Assembly (NCBI RefSeq): GCF_036321535.1
Contig: NC_087437.1
Span: forward strand, 71,364,001 to 71,428,000
Direction of reading: 5' to 3'
DNA: 64,000 nt
Origin: Camelus dromedarius
Lineage: Eukaryota
The notes below the pieces were generated by a model. It was not told where the DNA came from. It ran no database searches and saw nothing but the letters and a program-made list of their open reading frames with translations. The position numbers and the translations under genes were made by a program. Of this stretch, positions 1 through 13,045 are shown piece by piece. Position 1 is the first letter of the stretch; each line of letters starts with the position of its first letter.

Positions 1-56
1 AAAATCCCCTCCAGTAAAGACAACATCATGCTAGGACTCAAAATGTTTCTATAAAA

Positions 57-1108
57 CCATAAGCAAAACAAAATGATAACCTACGGAATGGGAGAAAATT
101 TTTGCAAATGAAACTGACAAAGGCTTGATCTCCAGAATATATAAGCAGCTCATATGACTTAATAAGAAAAAAACAAACGACCCAATTCAAAAATGGGCAA
201 AAGACCTAAACAAGCAATTCTCCAAGGAGGAAATACAAATGATCAATAGGCACATGAAAAAATGCTCAATATCACTAATTATCAGAGAAATGCAAATCAA
301 AACTACAATGAGGTATCACCTCACACCAGTCAGAATGGCCATCATTCAAACGTCCACAAATGACAAATGCTGGAGAGTCTGTGGAGAAAAGGGAATGCTC
401 CTACACTGCTGGTGGGAATGCAGTTTGGTGCAGCCACTGTGGAAAACAGTATGGAGATTCCTCAAAAGACTAGGAATAGATTTACCATATGAGCCAGGAA
501 TCCCACTCCTGTGCATATATCCAGAAGGAATTCTACTTCAAAATGACACCTGCACCCCAATGTTCATAGCAGCACTATTTACAATAGCCAAGACATGAAA
601 ACAGCCCAAATGTCCATCAACAGATAACTGGATAAAGAAGTTGTGGTATATTTATACAATGGAATACTTTTCAGCCATAAAAACTGACAACATAACGCCA
701 TTTGCAGCAACATGGATGTTCCCGGAGAATGTCATTCTAAGTGAAATAAGCCAGAAAGAGAAAGAAAAATACCATATGAGATCGCTCATATGTGGAATCT
801 AAAAAAAACAAAACAAAACAAAACATAAATACAAAACAGAAACAGACTCATAGACATAGAATACAAATTTGTGGTTGCCAACGGGGCGGGGGGTGGGAAG
901 GGACAGATTGGGATTTCAAAATGTAGAATAGATAAACAAGATTATACTGTATAGCACAGGGAAATACATAAAAGATCTTGTGGTAGCTCACAGCGAAAAA
1001 AAATGTGACAAAGAATATATGTATGTTCATGTATAACTGAAAAATTGTGCTCTACACTGGAATTTGACACAACATTGTAAAAGGACTGTAACTCAATAAA
1101 AAAATGTT
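57..1108 (+). mobile_element. 5'-truncated young L1 (ORF2 C-terminus + 3' UTR)
   Basis: ORF 239-598 is L1 ORF2 C-terminal sequence ([33 protein letters not shown]); flanking direct repeat AAAATGTTTCTATAAAA at 40-56 and 1101-1117. Confidence 0.95.
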
Positions 1109-2244
1109 TCTATAAAAATAACGGAAAACACAGAAGAAAGGATAAAAGTCTGACGATACAGTCAGAAGGTCTAACATACCTGGAGTCCCAGGAGAAGAGA
1201 GAGAATGCAGTAGACGTAATATATGAAAGCACTAACGGCTACAAACTTTCCAAAGCTGATGAAAACCAGCAAATTTTCAAGAAGACCAACAAACTCTAAA
1301 CAAGATCAACAAATAGAGAGCAATACTAGGATAAAGGATGTGAGTCATATTCATTGGCCAGAATGACATAAGAAGTGCTGTGAAGAATCCTGCAAGTCAA
1401 AAATTAATATGCATATGACCTTGTTGAATACTTCAAAATAACTGACTCAGAGCATCTTTATACAAAAAAAATTCCTCTAAGCAAAAATCCTAGAGGTCAG
1501 GATCCAACAGAGACATCTGGGGAAAGGATCTCATTAAAAAGTACCATTGATACCACTGTGAACGTGTCATACATTCCCCTCCTAAATTAGAGAAAGTCAG
1601 ATACTGACCCACACAAAACTGCATATGCGGTTGAAGGCAATAAAACAATTAATCCTCTCTACCACTCATTAAAAAAATAATTAATTCCATTTTATAAATC
1701 AGCCTACACTTTGAGAAGCACTTACATGCAACAATTGAATAACAAGATTAGGCAATAATTAGTGTTCATAATGATGACATGTTTCATCAAGGTTCATCTA
1801 ATTTTAGAGTTTCCTAAAAATGAAGATGTCAAATTTATTTTAAACGAAAATTACATAATTTATACTAAGCTAAAATTACATAATAAGGATAAAGTGTAAT
1901 GAGACTAGTATATACTCTCATACTACAGCTAGGAGTGTAAATTGATACATTAAAAAAAGTTGGCTATCCATATCAAAAGACAACACATAGACTTTAATCA
2001 AGTAATTCCACTTATGGTAATCTATTTTACTTTTTTTCTTCATTTTTTTTCAATTTCCAAATTTTAAAAAAATACCTAAAATTTATCAAAATTGAAATCA
2101 TACAAAAATTATATTACAATTTTAAGTTTTACAACATGGAAACAGCGTAATTTATTCAAAATTATTTCATTCTATTTTATATTGAAGAAAAAATTTTTTT
2201 CTCATATTAGAAAGCATTTAGTCTTTCTCCATTTTAAAAAAATA

Positions 2245-2695
2245 TTTTGAGAATTGACATATAAGATTGTGTAAGTTTGAGGTACACAGCATGTTGATTT
2301 GATACATTTATATATTGCAATATGATTACCACCATAGCATTAGCTAACAACTCCCTCATGTCCCATAATTATCATTTCTTTTTGTGGTAAGACCATTTAA
2401 GATTTAGTTTCTCAGCATCTTTAAATATATAAATACAGTATTATTAACTGTATAACTATATTCTGTGTAATTATAGTCACAATGCTGTGCATCAGATCTC
2501 CAAAACTACTCATCTTCTAAATGTAAGTTGTACCCTTTGACCAACATCTACCCAAATCCTCCCATTCCTTAACCTCTGGTAACCACCATTTTACTGTTTC
2601 CACAAGTTCAGCTTTTTTAGATTCCACGTACAGAAATATCATACAGTATTTATCTTTCTGTCTAACTTACGTCACTTAACATAATGCCCTCAAGA
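2245..2695 (-). mobile_element. Old L1M 3' fragment
   Basis: Typical antisense L1 3' UTR text (aaccaccatt..., ttttagattccac..., atcatacagtattt); boundaries approximate. Confidence 0.75.
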
Positions 2696-3554
2696 AGATA
2701 AGTGTTTTTTTAATTATTTTAAGTATCTGTCCTGAAAGGTCCCAATTTCTCCTTTCTCTAAAATCATTTTCAAAAACAAAATCTTCTCACTCTAAGTAAT
2801 TCCAATACTTTCGGTACATAGTTATGTACGTAAACACAGTAAAATTCAGTAAGCTATCATCTTGCGGTCCAAAAATCCTAATGGCTGGCATCCGGCTAAT
2901 CAAAAATGATCTGGAGAGTCTCAGTGATCAGTATCTGTGGCCACTCCATAACCTCACAAGCAGGTGTTTAAAGCAGTTTTGATAGCAGATTGGAAGAAAA
3001 GAAAGTGACAAAAAAATAAAGAGTAAACTAACTTGGTACATTAGTCATAAAAGACTAGATTGTAATGTAGTAATAAGAAATCCCCAAATCTCGGTGGTTA
3101 CACGAACAATGGTTTACTTCTCATTTAAATATAAATGAACATTGTGGGTTGGCGAAAGGCTTAACTTTACACTGTCCTAATACAGGGACATAAAGGCTCT
3201 ACATCCGGGGACAGAAACATGGCAAATAGTGTACCGACCCTAAGGGCTTCCACCTAAAAATGACTTACATCATTTTGTTCACGTTTCATTGACAAAAAAT
3301 AGCCACATGGCTACATTCATTTCAGTAACATAGAGAAACACATATCTAATATGTACACAGAAAGAAATGAAACAAAAATACTGATGGGCAGAATTAATGA
3401 TTATTTAAGTTTACTGAATGGGCTAAATTAAGAATTATGGTACTACTAGAGAGGTAAATGAATCTCGTCCGAGAGCCCATTTCTCCCCAAGCAATCTCCA
3501 TTCAATTCAAAAGAATATATCCACTTAGAGTGCCATGCCAACAAGACACTCACT

Positions 3555-5660
3555 TTTTAAAATGGAAATATAATTCACATGCCATAAAATTCACCCTTCC
3601 ACAATGTACAATTCAGTGGCTTTTGGTATAATTACACAAGCTGTGCAACCATCACCACCATCTAATTCTCAAAAAATTTTATCATCCCCAAAAGAAACCC
3701 CATATCTATTAGCAGTCATTCCCCATTCCCCCCTCCACTCAGCTAGCAACCACTGATCCACTGTCTCTGTAGATTTGCTTATTCTGGAAATTTCATATAA
3801 GTGGAGCCATGGAATAATGTAGTTTTTGTGTCTCTCTTCCATCACTTAGCATAATGTATTCAAAGTACATCCATATTGTAGCATGAAACATTACTTCATT
3901 TCAGTTCATAAATGAATATTATTCTACTATATGAATATACCATATTTTATCTATGTATTCATCAATTGATGGACATGAGCTTTGTTTCCACTTTTTGGCT
4001 ATTATGAATACTGCCACTATGAACATTCATGTGCAAATTCTTGTGTGACATGTTCAAGTTCTCTTGGTATAGATCTAAGAGTGGAATTGCTGGCTTATAT
4101 GGTAACTATTTTTAACATTTTGAGGAACTGTCAAACTATTTTCCAAATTGGCTGTACCATTTTACATTCTCACAAGCAATGTATGAGGATTCCTGTTTCT
4201 CCACATATTCGCCAACACTTAGTGTCTGTCTTTTTCTCTACAGTCATCCTAGAGGGTATGAAACAGTATCCTACTGTACTTTTGATTTGCATTTAGATAA
4301 CGATGATTGATATTGAATACCCTTTCCTGTGCTTATTCACCATTTGCATACATTTGGGAAAATGTCTATTAAATTTCTGCACATTTTAATTGGGTTAGTT
4401 TTATTTTATTATTAAGCTGTAAGACTTCTTTATAGATTCAAGTCCCTTATCAGATACTTGATCTGCAAATATAGTCTCACAGTCTGTGAGTTGTCTTTTC
4501 ATTTTCTTAATGGACTCCTTGAATCACAAAAGCTTATAACTTTGATGAAGTACGATTTATTTATTTTTTTCTTTTGCCCCTTGAGCTTTTCATATCATAT
4601 CTAAGAAACTATTGCCTAATACAAAGGTCATGAAGGTTTACGACTATGTTTTCTTCTTCTAAAAGTTTTATCATTTTAATTCTTACATTTAGGTCTATGA
4701 TCCATTTTGAATTTTTATATGTAGTATGAAATAGGGGGTCCAAATTTGTTCCTTTGCATGTAGATATCTAATTGTCCCAACATCATTTGTTGAAAAAGAC
4801 TATTTCCCTCAGAGAATTATTTTGGCACTTTTGTCAAAAATCAATTGACCATATATGTGAGTTTATTTCTAGACTCTCTATTCCATTCCATTAATCTAAG
4901 ATTATTAAAATAAGATGGCTAGCCTTACTATCAGGGCCACATTGTCTTCATTACAGTAGCTTTGTAATAAGTTTTGAAATCAAGATGTTTGCATCTTCCA
5001 ATTTTGTTCTTTTTCAAGATTCTCCTGGATACTCTTGGTCCTTGCATTTTCATAGTCAGCTTGTAAATTTCAAAAAAAAAGTTGGGATATTGATAGGGAT
5101 GGCACTGAATGTGTCGATCAGTTTGAGAAGTATTGCAATCTTAATATTAAATCTTCCAATCCATGAACACAGGATATCTTTTCACATTTCTTTATGTAAT
5201 TTAAAATTTCTTTCATGAGGCTTTGTAGTTTCAGTGTCCATGTCTTTAATTCTTTTGTTATATTTATTCCTAAGTATTTTATTCTTTTGATGCTATTATA
5301 AATGGAATTCTTCCCAAAATTTCACTTTCAGGTTGTTCAATGCAGCGTATAAAACCAATTAATTTTGGTTTTAGAATCAGGGTAATACTAGCCTCAGTGA
5401 ATGACTTAGGAAGTATTCCTCCTTTTTTTTTTTTTTTTTTTTTTTAAATGGAAGAGCTGTTGAAGGATCTGTGTTAGTTCTTCTACACATGTGGTAGAAT
5501 ATGCCTGTGAAACCATCTGGCACTAAGCTTTTCTCTGTGAAGTGTTCTTATTTTGGTTTGGTTTCTTTAGTAATTCAATCTCTTTGCTTGTTACAGGTCT
5601 ATTCAGATTTTCTATTTCTTCTTGAGTCTTTCAGAGGTTAGTGTTTTTCTAGGAAGCTGT
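3555..5660 (-). mobile_element. Old L1M (ORF2 3' part + 3' UTR), degraded
   Basis: Antisense L1 ORF2/3' UTR motifs (gtggaattgctgg, cagtagctttgtaataagttttgaaatc); boundaries approximate. Confidence 0.8.
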
Positions 5661-5763
5661 CTTGTTCTTGTAGGTTCTCTAAGGTATTATTTTCAAATGC
5701 GTTAAGTTTAGCAAAACTTTAAAGACTGGTAATATCAAGTGTATTGGACCATAAACCAATGTT

Positions 5764-6729
5764 AGGCTGCTTTGTCTACACTGAAAGTCTGTTGTTTACT
5801 GTAGCCATCTTCATTAATTATCTTAGCTAGATATTTTAGATAACTTTACTGCAGCTTCACTTTGGATTTTGATGTCACAGAGATGGCTTCCTTTCTTAAA
5901 CCTCATGAAACAACCTCTGTTAGTTTCAAACTTTCCTTCTGCAGCTTCCTCCCCTCTCTCAGCCTTCACTGAGTTGAAGAGAGTTAGGGCCTTGCTCTGG
6001 ATTAGGCTTTGGCTTAAGGGAATATTGTGGTTGGTCTGATCTTCTATCCAGACCACTGAAATTTCCTCCATATCAGCAATAAGGCTATTTCATTTTCTTA
6101 TCATTCGTGTGTTCCCTGAAGTAGCACTTTTAATTTCCTTCAAAAAATTTTCCTTCACATTCACAACTTGGCTAAATGATGCAAAAATCTTAGCTTTCAG
6201 CCCCTCTCAGCTTTCCACATGCCGTCTTCACTAAGCTTAATCATTTCTAGTTTTTGATTTAAAGTGAAAGATGTCTCTTCCTTTCACTTGAACACTTAGA
6301 GGCCATGTCAGGGTTATTAACTGACCTAATCTCCATAGTGTGTCTAAGGGAATAGGGAGGCCCAAGGAGAGGGAGAGAGATGGGGGAACGGCAGCTCAGT
6401 GGAGCAGTCAGAACACACAAAACACTTACTGATCAAGATAGCTTTCTTACATGGGCGTGGTTCACAGCGCTCCCAAATCAATTACAACAGTAACATCAAA
6501 GATCACTAATCACAGATCACCATAACAAATATAACAATGAAAAGGTTTGAAATGTTGTAAGAATTACCAAAACATGACACAGAGACATAAAGTGAGCAAA
6601 TGTTGGAAAAATGGTACCAATAGACTTGCTCAACAGTGTTGCTACAAACCTTCAATGTGTAAAAAAAAAAAAAGATGCAATGTCTGTGATGTGCAATAAA
6701 GTGAAGCACAATAAAATGTAATATGGCTG
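5764..6729 (-). mobile_element. Tigger1 DNA transposon, 5' part with transposase remnant
   Basis: ORF 5823-6071 [39 protein letters not shown] matches Tigger1 transposase; terminus CAGCCATATTACATTTTATTGTGCTTC at 6729. Confidence 0.92.
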
Positions 6730-6789
6730 GATTCTAAAATTTAAATTTATATGGAAGGACCCTTTTCACGATAAAAAACACTCAGCAAG

Positions 6790-7520
6790 AAGTCAAGAAC
6801 GCAGAGAAATTAGATCACTCACACTTTGCTAGTGGGAATGTAAAATGGTACAGCAACTCTGGGCAAGTTTGGTAGTTTCTTAAAAACTAAACACATAACT
6901 ATCAGATGACCCAGCAATTGCACTCCTGGGCATTTATCCCAGAGGAAAACGTATGTTTACACAAAAACCTGTACACAGATGTTTATAGCAGCTTTAGTCA
7001 TCACAGTCAAAAACTGGAAACAGCCCAGATGTTCTTCAGTGGATGAATGGTTAAACTGTGATACATCCATACCATGGAATACTACTCAGCATTAAAAAGG
7101 AATGAACTGTTGGTACATAAAGCAAAATGGATGGATCTCCAGGGAATTATGATGAGTGAAAGTAACCAATATAAAATATTACATAACTGTATGATTCCAT
7201 TTATATAATACTCTTGAGATGACATAATTATAGAAATGGAAAACAGATTTGTGGTTGCCAAGGGTTAAGTAGGGGCAGGGAGCAGAAAGAGAGTGGCAGT
7301 GTCTATAAAAGGGTTGTGTCTATAAAAAGGATTCTTGCTGCGATGGAAATGTTCCATATCTTGACCTTATCAATGTCGATATGCTAGCTGTGATACTCTA
7401 GTACAGTTTTTCAGGATGTCACCATTAGGCAAAACTGTTTAAAGGATACAGAGTATCTCTATGATTTCTTACAACTACATGTGAATCTAAAATTATCTCA
7501 AACTACAAGTGAAAAAAAAA
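6790..7520 (+). mobile_element. Old L1M 3' fragment
   Basis: gacccagcaattgcactcctgggcatttatcccag, atggaatactactcagc; A-rich end near 7512. Confidence 0.8.
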
Positions 7521-9680
7521 GTAAAAGATGGAAAGGTTGGTAGGGTTTAAATAAAGTGTTAATCCTATGTGAGAGGTGACAATGTTTGAAGGACTATTAA
7601 GGCTGATTCAGATGTCAATACCCCATACCCTTCTTTGTACTGCCTACCATTAGGCATTATACTACTCATTAACATATTGACCAGAGAAATAGTGCAATTA
7701 AAATTATTTAGCCTAATGATTGAGCAAAGTGTGACTAGGGTAATACAAGATCACTCTGGTAGTTTTACATGAAGTTTTGCAAGGTTTCCCCCTGCTTACT
7801 AATGAAGTATTAAATCCAAGTCCCAAAACTTCATGAGAGATGGACCACAGTTATGTACTCTTAGGAAGACTCCCCTCCTAAGTTAGGCACCCCAAGCCTA
7901 GTTTAGATAGACAAGCTTCCTTGTCTTTAATTTGCAGATGTAGGTGGATTTTTTTCCTAGTCCCCCTTTCACAGAGGGCAAAACTCTTCAAGACTCGTGG
8001 CTTTATAAAGAGTTCTCAGTTCCAATTCCTACAAATCCAAAGCATCACCTCTGATCCCAGTGTGGCCATTAAACCTGTACTGAGACGAATAACCTTCTCA
8101 GGGCTGCCTCAGCATCAGCTCACGTGCTTTCAACTCCCATAATCAGTTCCCTCTTCTCCTTTTGGCCCTAGGTATTTCGCTTGCTATCTTGTGAGCCTAG
8201 AAAAGCATTTTTTAAAGATGTTTGTAACATTTCATCCAGCATTTCCAGGTACTTCGTAGCAGAAGAGTTTTAAAGTTAAATAGTTCTCTCTCCATATTTC
8301 CAGAAATGTTAGTTCCTGTCACCTTACAATTAAATCTAAAAGTGTTAAAAGATATCTATTTTTCAAACAATATCTGTCTATAATTGAATTTTTTAATTGG
8401 GTAAAATATCTTTTTTAATTCAACAGAAATTGGAAAATGAGTTTACTCTTTTTATCAGTTTCCAAAGTGAAAACCCAAAATATCATTTTTAGCTTGAATA
8501 AATCCAAGATATGTTGTGGAAGATCACATATTACAGGAAGCTTCTTCTCCAAAGTTGCCGAAGTATGTTACAAACATACTAATTAACCCTTTTGGGCTTT
8601 TTAAAAATTTTATAGTGCAACATTAGTTAATCATCATGATATACCTATAAATCAAGTTTGTGGCAAGTTTTATGCCCCACTTATAAGCAGAAATGCTTAC
8701 CTATGAATAACATGACTATGATCATAAGTCAATGACAAAGCACACAATCAAGACTTCTGGTTTTTGTACAATTAGAAAAACTAAATTATGATCTAGAAAA
8801 ATTCAAATTTAATATTTTTATTAAAACATAGGTATACTAGTTATTATTTCTGTGTATGTGCATAATATTTGAAAATCTAGAGTTATGTTGTTCTTAAAAT
8901 ATTTTAGAACCAAAAGAAAGACAAATTTGAATTCTAACCTCTTTTAAAATTCTCCTACTTCATCTTTCTTTTTTTCCTATTTCCTGTCCTAAATCAAAGA
9001 TCTGAGGGATCTGATATTTCATATCTTCTTTATTCTATGTGTATTTGCCAAGATTTCCAAATACACAATTATTTGAAGAAAAACACATCAAGAACCTCTA
9101 AACAAATTTAATTATAATTTTAATCACATAATTCAGAAAATTTTATAAATCCCTCCACTTTTAAAATGCAGATATCAACTAAATCAGCTACTAAAAAATA
9201 AATATTTACAAGTGACAAATGTTTTTAAATGGGAACTTAATACTTACAAAATACCAAAGTACAAAGATTGCTTAATAGTAAGTACCTTGCCCAAAGCATT
9301 AATACTTCTATTTAAAAATCCAGGAAAGTATGTCATCTTCTAAACATACATAAGAGAACATCTCAAAGGTGTTTTTCTGCTCCCAATAGTTGCTAGCTCT
9401 ACATCACTAAGAGAAGTTACGCTAAATCAATGCATCTGCTGCAGATCTCTGTATGCTTTTCCTCCGGGACCTAATCCACCTGGAATACACCACTATTTTA
9501 GACAGAAAGAAAAAAAAGTCTTTGTTTTTTGATATTTTTTTCTTTTGCTATGTATGTTTGTTAACCGTTAAAGGGCAAAGCATAAATATTTATCTGCTAT
9601 TAACTTTATTTTAAATTTAATTTCTTCATTTCACATAATTTTTATTGTTATATTAAGATTTAAAAGTTAATGATACGACT

Positions 9681-10792
9681 TAAAAGCAAAAATAAACAAA
9701 TGGACCTAATTTAAGCTTTTGCACAGCAAAGGAAACCATAAGCAAAGCAAAAAGACAACCTACAGAATGGGAGAAAATATTTGTAAACGATATGACTCCC
9801 AAGGGCTTAATTTCCAGAATATATAAACAGCTTATACAACTTAATAACAAACAAACAACCCAATCCAAAAATGGGCAGAAGACCCAAACAAGCAGTTCTC
9901 CAATGACGACATACAAATGGCCAATAGGCACATGAAAAAATGCTCAGTATTGCTAATTATCAGAGAAATGCAAATCAAAACTACAATGAGGTATCACCTC
10001 ACACCAGTCAGAATGGCCATCATTAAAAAGTCCACGAACAATAAATGCTGGAGAGGGTGTGGAGAAAAGGGAACCCTCCCTCCTGTTGGTGGGAATGTAG
10101 TTTGGTGCAGCCATCATAATAAACAGCATAGAGATTTCCTCAAAAAACTAAAAACAGATTTACCCTGGATGATCCAGCAATCCCACTCCTGGGCTTATAT
10201 CCAGAGGGAATTCTAATTCAAAAAGATACATGCACCCAATGTTCATAGCAGCACTATTTACAACAGCCAAGACATGGAAACAACCTAAATGTCCATCAAC
10301 AGAAGACTGGATAAAGAAGATGTGGTATATTTATATAATGGGATACTACTCAGCCATACAAAAGAATAAAATAATGCCATTTGCAGCAACATGGATGGAC
10401 CTGGAGATCACCATTCTAAGTGAAGTAAGCCAGAAAGAGAAAGAAAAATACCATACGATGTCACTTACAAGTGGAATCTAAACAAAAAACACAAATGAAC
10501 TTATTTACAAAGCAGAAAGACTCACAGACATAGAAAATAAACTTTGGTTACCAGGGGATAAAGGGGATAGAAAAGGATAAATCGGGAGTTCGAGATTTGC
10601 AGATGCTAACTACTATATATAAGACAGATAAACAAGCTTCTTCTGTATAGCACAGGGAACCATATTCAATACCTTGTAGTAACCTATAATGAAAAGGAAT
10701 ATATGTATGTATATGTGTGACTGAAACATTATGCTGTACACCAGAAATTGACACAACATTGTAAACTGACTATACTCAAAAAAAAAAAAAAA
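9681..10792 (+). mobile_element. 5'-truncated L1 with poly(A)
   Basis: ORF2 C-terminal fragments (ORFs 9917-10216, 10230-10481), A15 tail, degenerate TSD aaaagttaatgatacgact (9662-9680) / aaaagttaacgatattact (10789-10807). Confidence 0.95.
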
Positions 10793-10827
10793 GTTAACGA
10801 TATTACTATCTGTGAAGTGGATAAGCA

Positions 10828-11070
10828 CCAAGAACCTACTGTATAGCCCAGGGAACTATATTAGTTTCTTGTAATAAGCCATAATGGAAAAGAAACTAAA
10901 AATACATATATATAAAATAATAAATACATATGTATGTATACGCATAACCGAATCGCTTTGCTGTATACCTGAAACTAACATTGTAAAATCGACTATACTT
11001 TACTAAAAAATAAGAATAATAAAAATAAATAAATATAAAATAAAATATATTTTTAAAATTAAAAAAATTA
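10828..11070 (+). mobile_element. Second, older L1 3'-end fragment with decayed A-rich tail
   Basis: ctactgtatagcccagggaactata...gctgtatacctgaaactaacattgtaaaatcgactatactt. Confidence 0.75.
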
Positions 11071-12573
11071 AGTCAACGACAAAACTCATTTCCCACATAC
11101 TATGATTAAATATTTTCATTTTAAAATTAAAAAACAAATGAAACAAGATTCCTATGTTTATATTACAAGATTGAAAGTGAAAATCTGCAGCTGTTGATCT
11201 CATTATCAAATGCTATGGCGATTTAATCATACTCATTTAAATTAAAGTCCCACTGTCAGAAAGACACTTGCCAATCTAATAAGTAGCATAAAGTTAAATG
11301 GATAGGGTGTAAAAGAAATCAACCTCAGGAGGGGAAAAAAACTTCAGTAAACTTTGGTTCACTTTCTTGTATCTTTTTGTTACTTTTTCACAATTTTTTT
11401 TGTATCTGTGGGAAGCATCAAAATAATTTTCTAATATTACAAATAGTATATAATCTTATCCAGGACCTTTCAACCTTTTCAACCACTGGGACAACGTTAA
11501 GGGGAAGTGTTCCCCGTGTGATATACTCTCACTGAGTATGCCCAGAGTTTTTTATGACCGACACACAGCTTTCAGGGCTGTAAATTACGATCACTTGCTG
11601 GCCATAAACCCCTCTTTCTCTCCTATTGATTCAAGACACACCGTTGCTGCAATACTGTGGCCCAGTCTCTAACTTTACAAGTGAGGCACCAGAAGGAAAC
11701 AGGTTAAACAGATGCACGCACTCTATCCCAGATGTTTTGTTCCCAAACTCTAATTTGTTCAATGATATCACGCTGCCCTCTAAATTCACTACATTTAGAT
11801 CAATGCAGTTAGCCTGGCCAGAATACATGAGGTATTCCACATGAGTGAATTTTTCAGGTTCTTGGGGCTTAACTCTTTAAATACCAAACTTTACAAAGTT
11901 ACCAGTCTTTTTTGGTAGAAACTTCCCTAAAGTGAAAAGGCACAGATTTCCTTCGATGTTGCAGTAAAATGGCTCAGACACTAATTCCTTGCTTAACTAC
12001 CAGGTCATGTGCCTCATGAATCTTTTCCTGTCAGGCTACTGGTCTTCCTTGTGTTAATTCTGGTTCCCTCCGTGAACTCTGCCATCTCACTGTACTGATT
12101 CAGCTCCTGTGTTATTGCCACGAGAACATGAAAATGGCAACATGGTGGAACAAGTAGTAGAAGCGTGTGGATTTAAAATGGCAGAGGGGAAAAAAATGCA
12201 TTATTTATTTTCCAGATTTCTTAGCCATCGTTTTTACCAGTTACATTAGAGCCAACGATCAGCATGGGCCATTGGCCTCCACAGTAAGAGGCCCAGGTTC
12301 CTACACTTTTTGAGTTTCTGCTGTCATTTCTTGCTCTTGTCCATGTGTTATCACCAAATAATTCCTGTTTCCAATAATTTATTCAACTACACAATGGGAA
12401 CCCACTTATTTAGGCTTATAAAAAAAATATCAAAAATACATTAAAGAAATTCCAAACGAAGGCTTGAGGGATTCTCCTCTTATGAGAGCCATCAGCATGA
12501 CCTCTGATTTAGCTATTCAGGCTCCATTTTGTTGTTTGCGTCTAAGTTCTGATAATTCTGGTTTCTGGATAAG

Positions 12574-12591
12574 TGACCTTTGGAAAGGTCA
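12574..12591. promoter_or_regulatory. Perfect everted repeat ER6 nuclear-receptor element
   Basis: TGACCT ttggaa AGGTCA. Confidence 0.45.
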
Positions 12592-12719
12592 GTAAAACTT
12601 CTGAGATGTTGTATTTGTCTCAGTCTAGTCCATCTGAATTCATATAAAAAGTCCTCAAAATAAAGGGTTTGCAATTAGCATAGAAACTTAAACTGAGCCA
12701 AAGTTTCAACACTCTAAAT

Positions 12720-12880
12720 CAGCGCTTCTCAAACTTGAATGTGCATACGAATCACCTGGAGATCGTGTGAAAATGAAGATTCTGACTCAGTAGGTTTGAG
12801 GCTGGGCCTGGCATTCTGCATTTCTAATCAGGTGATGCCTGGCTCTGGGGCCATGTACTCTACTTTGAGTAGCAGAGCTT
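12720..12880. mobile_element. MER5A-like hAT MITE
   Basis: cagcgcttctcaaacttg...gaatcacctggag...ctgcatttctaa...actttgagtagcag. Confidence 0.75.
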
Positions 12881-12914
12881 TAGAACATGGACCTCTGTTT
12901 TCCTCTCTCTTATT

Positions 12915-13045
12915 TTTTTTCCCTTTGGTGGGTAAGTAATTGGGCTTATTTATTTATTTACTGTTATAGGAGGACTGGGGATTGAACCCAGGACCTTGTG
13001 CATGCTAAGTATGCACTCTTACCTCTGGAGCTACACCTTCCCCTC
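12915..13045 (-). mobile_element. tRNA-derived SINE (Vic-1-like)
   Basis: Reverse complement has A box, B box GGGTTCAATCCC and an AAATAAAT tail. Confidence 0.85.

Noticed and set aside
9240..9520. Possible cryptic GRAMD1C exon (pyrimidine tract + AG near 9495, GT near 9285 or 9246)
   Set aside because: Donors are weak or ambiguous and it does not encode the expected exon 3 peptide; unsupported without RNA data.
11626..11844. Plus-strand 72-aa ORF overlapping the VP35-like frame
   Set aside because: No recognisable similarity; best explained as an antisense shadow or chance.
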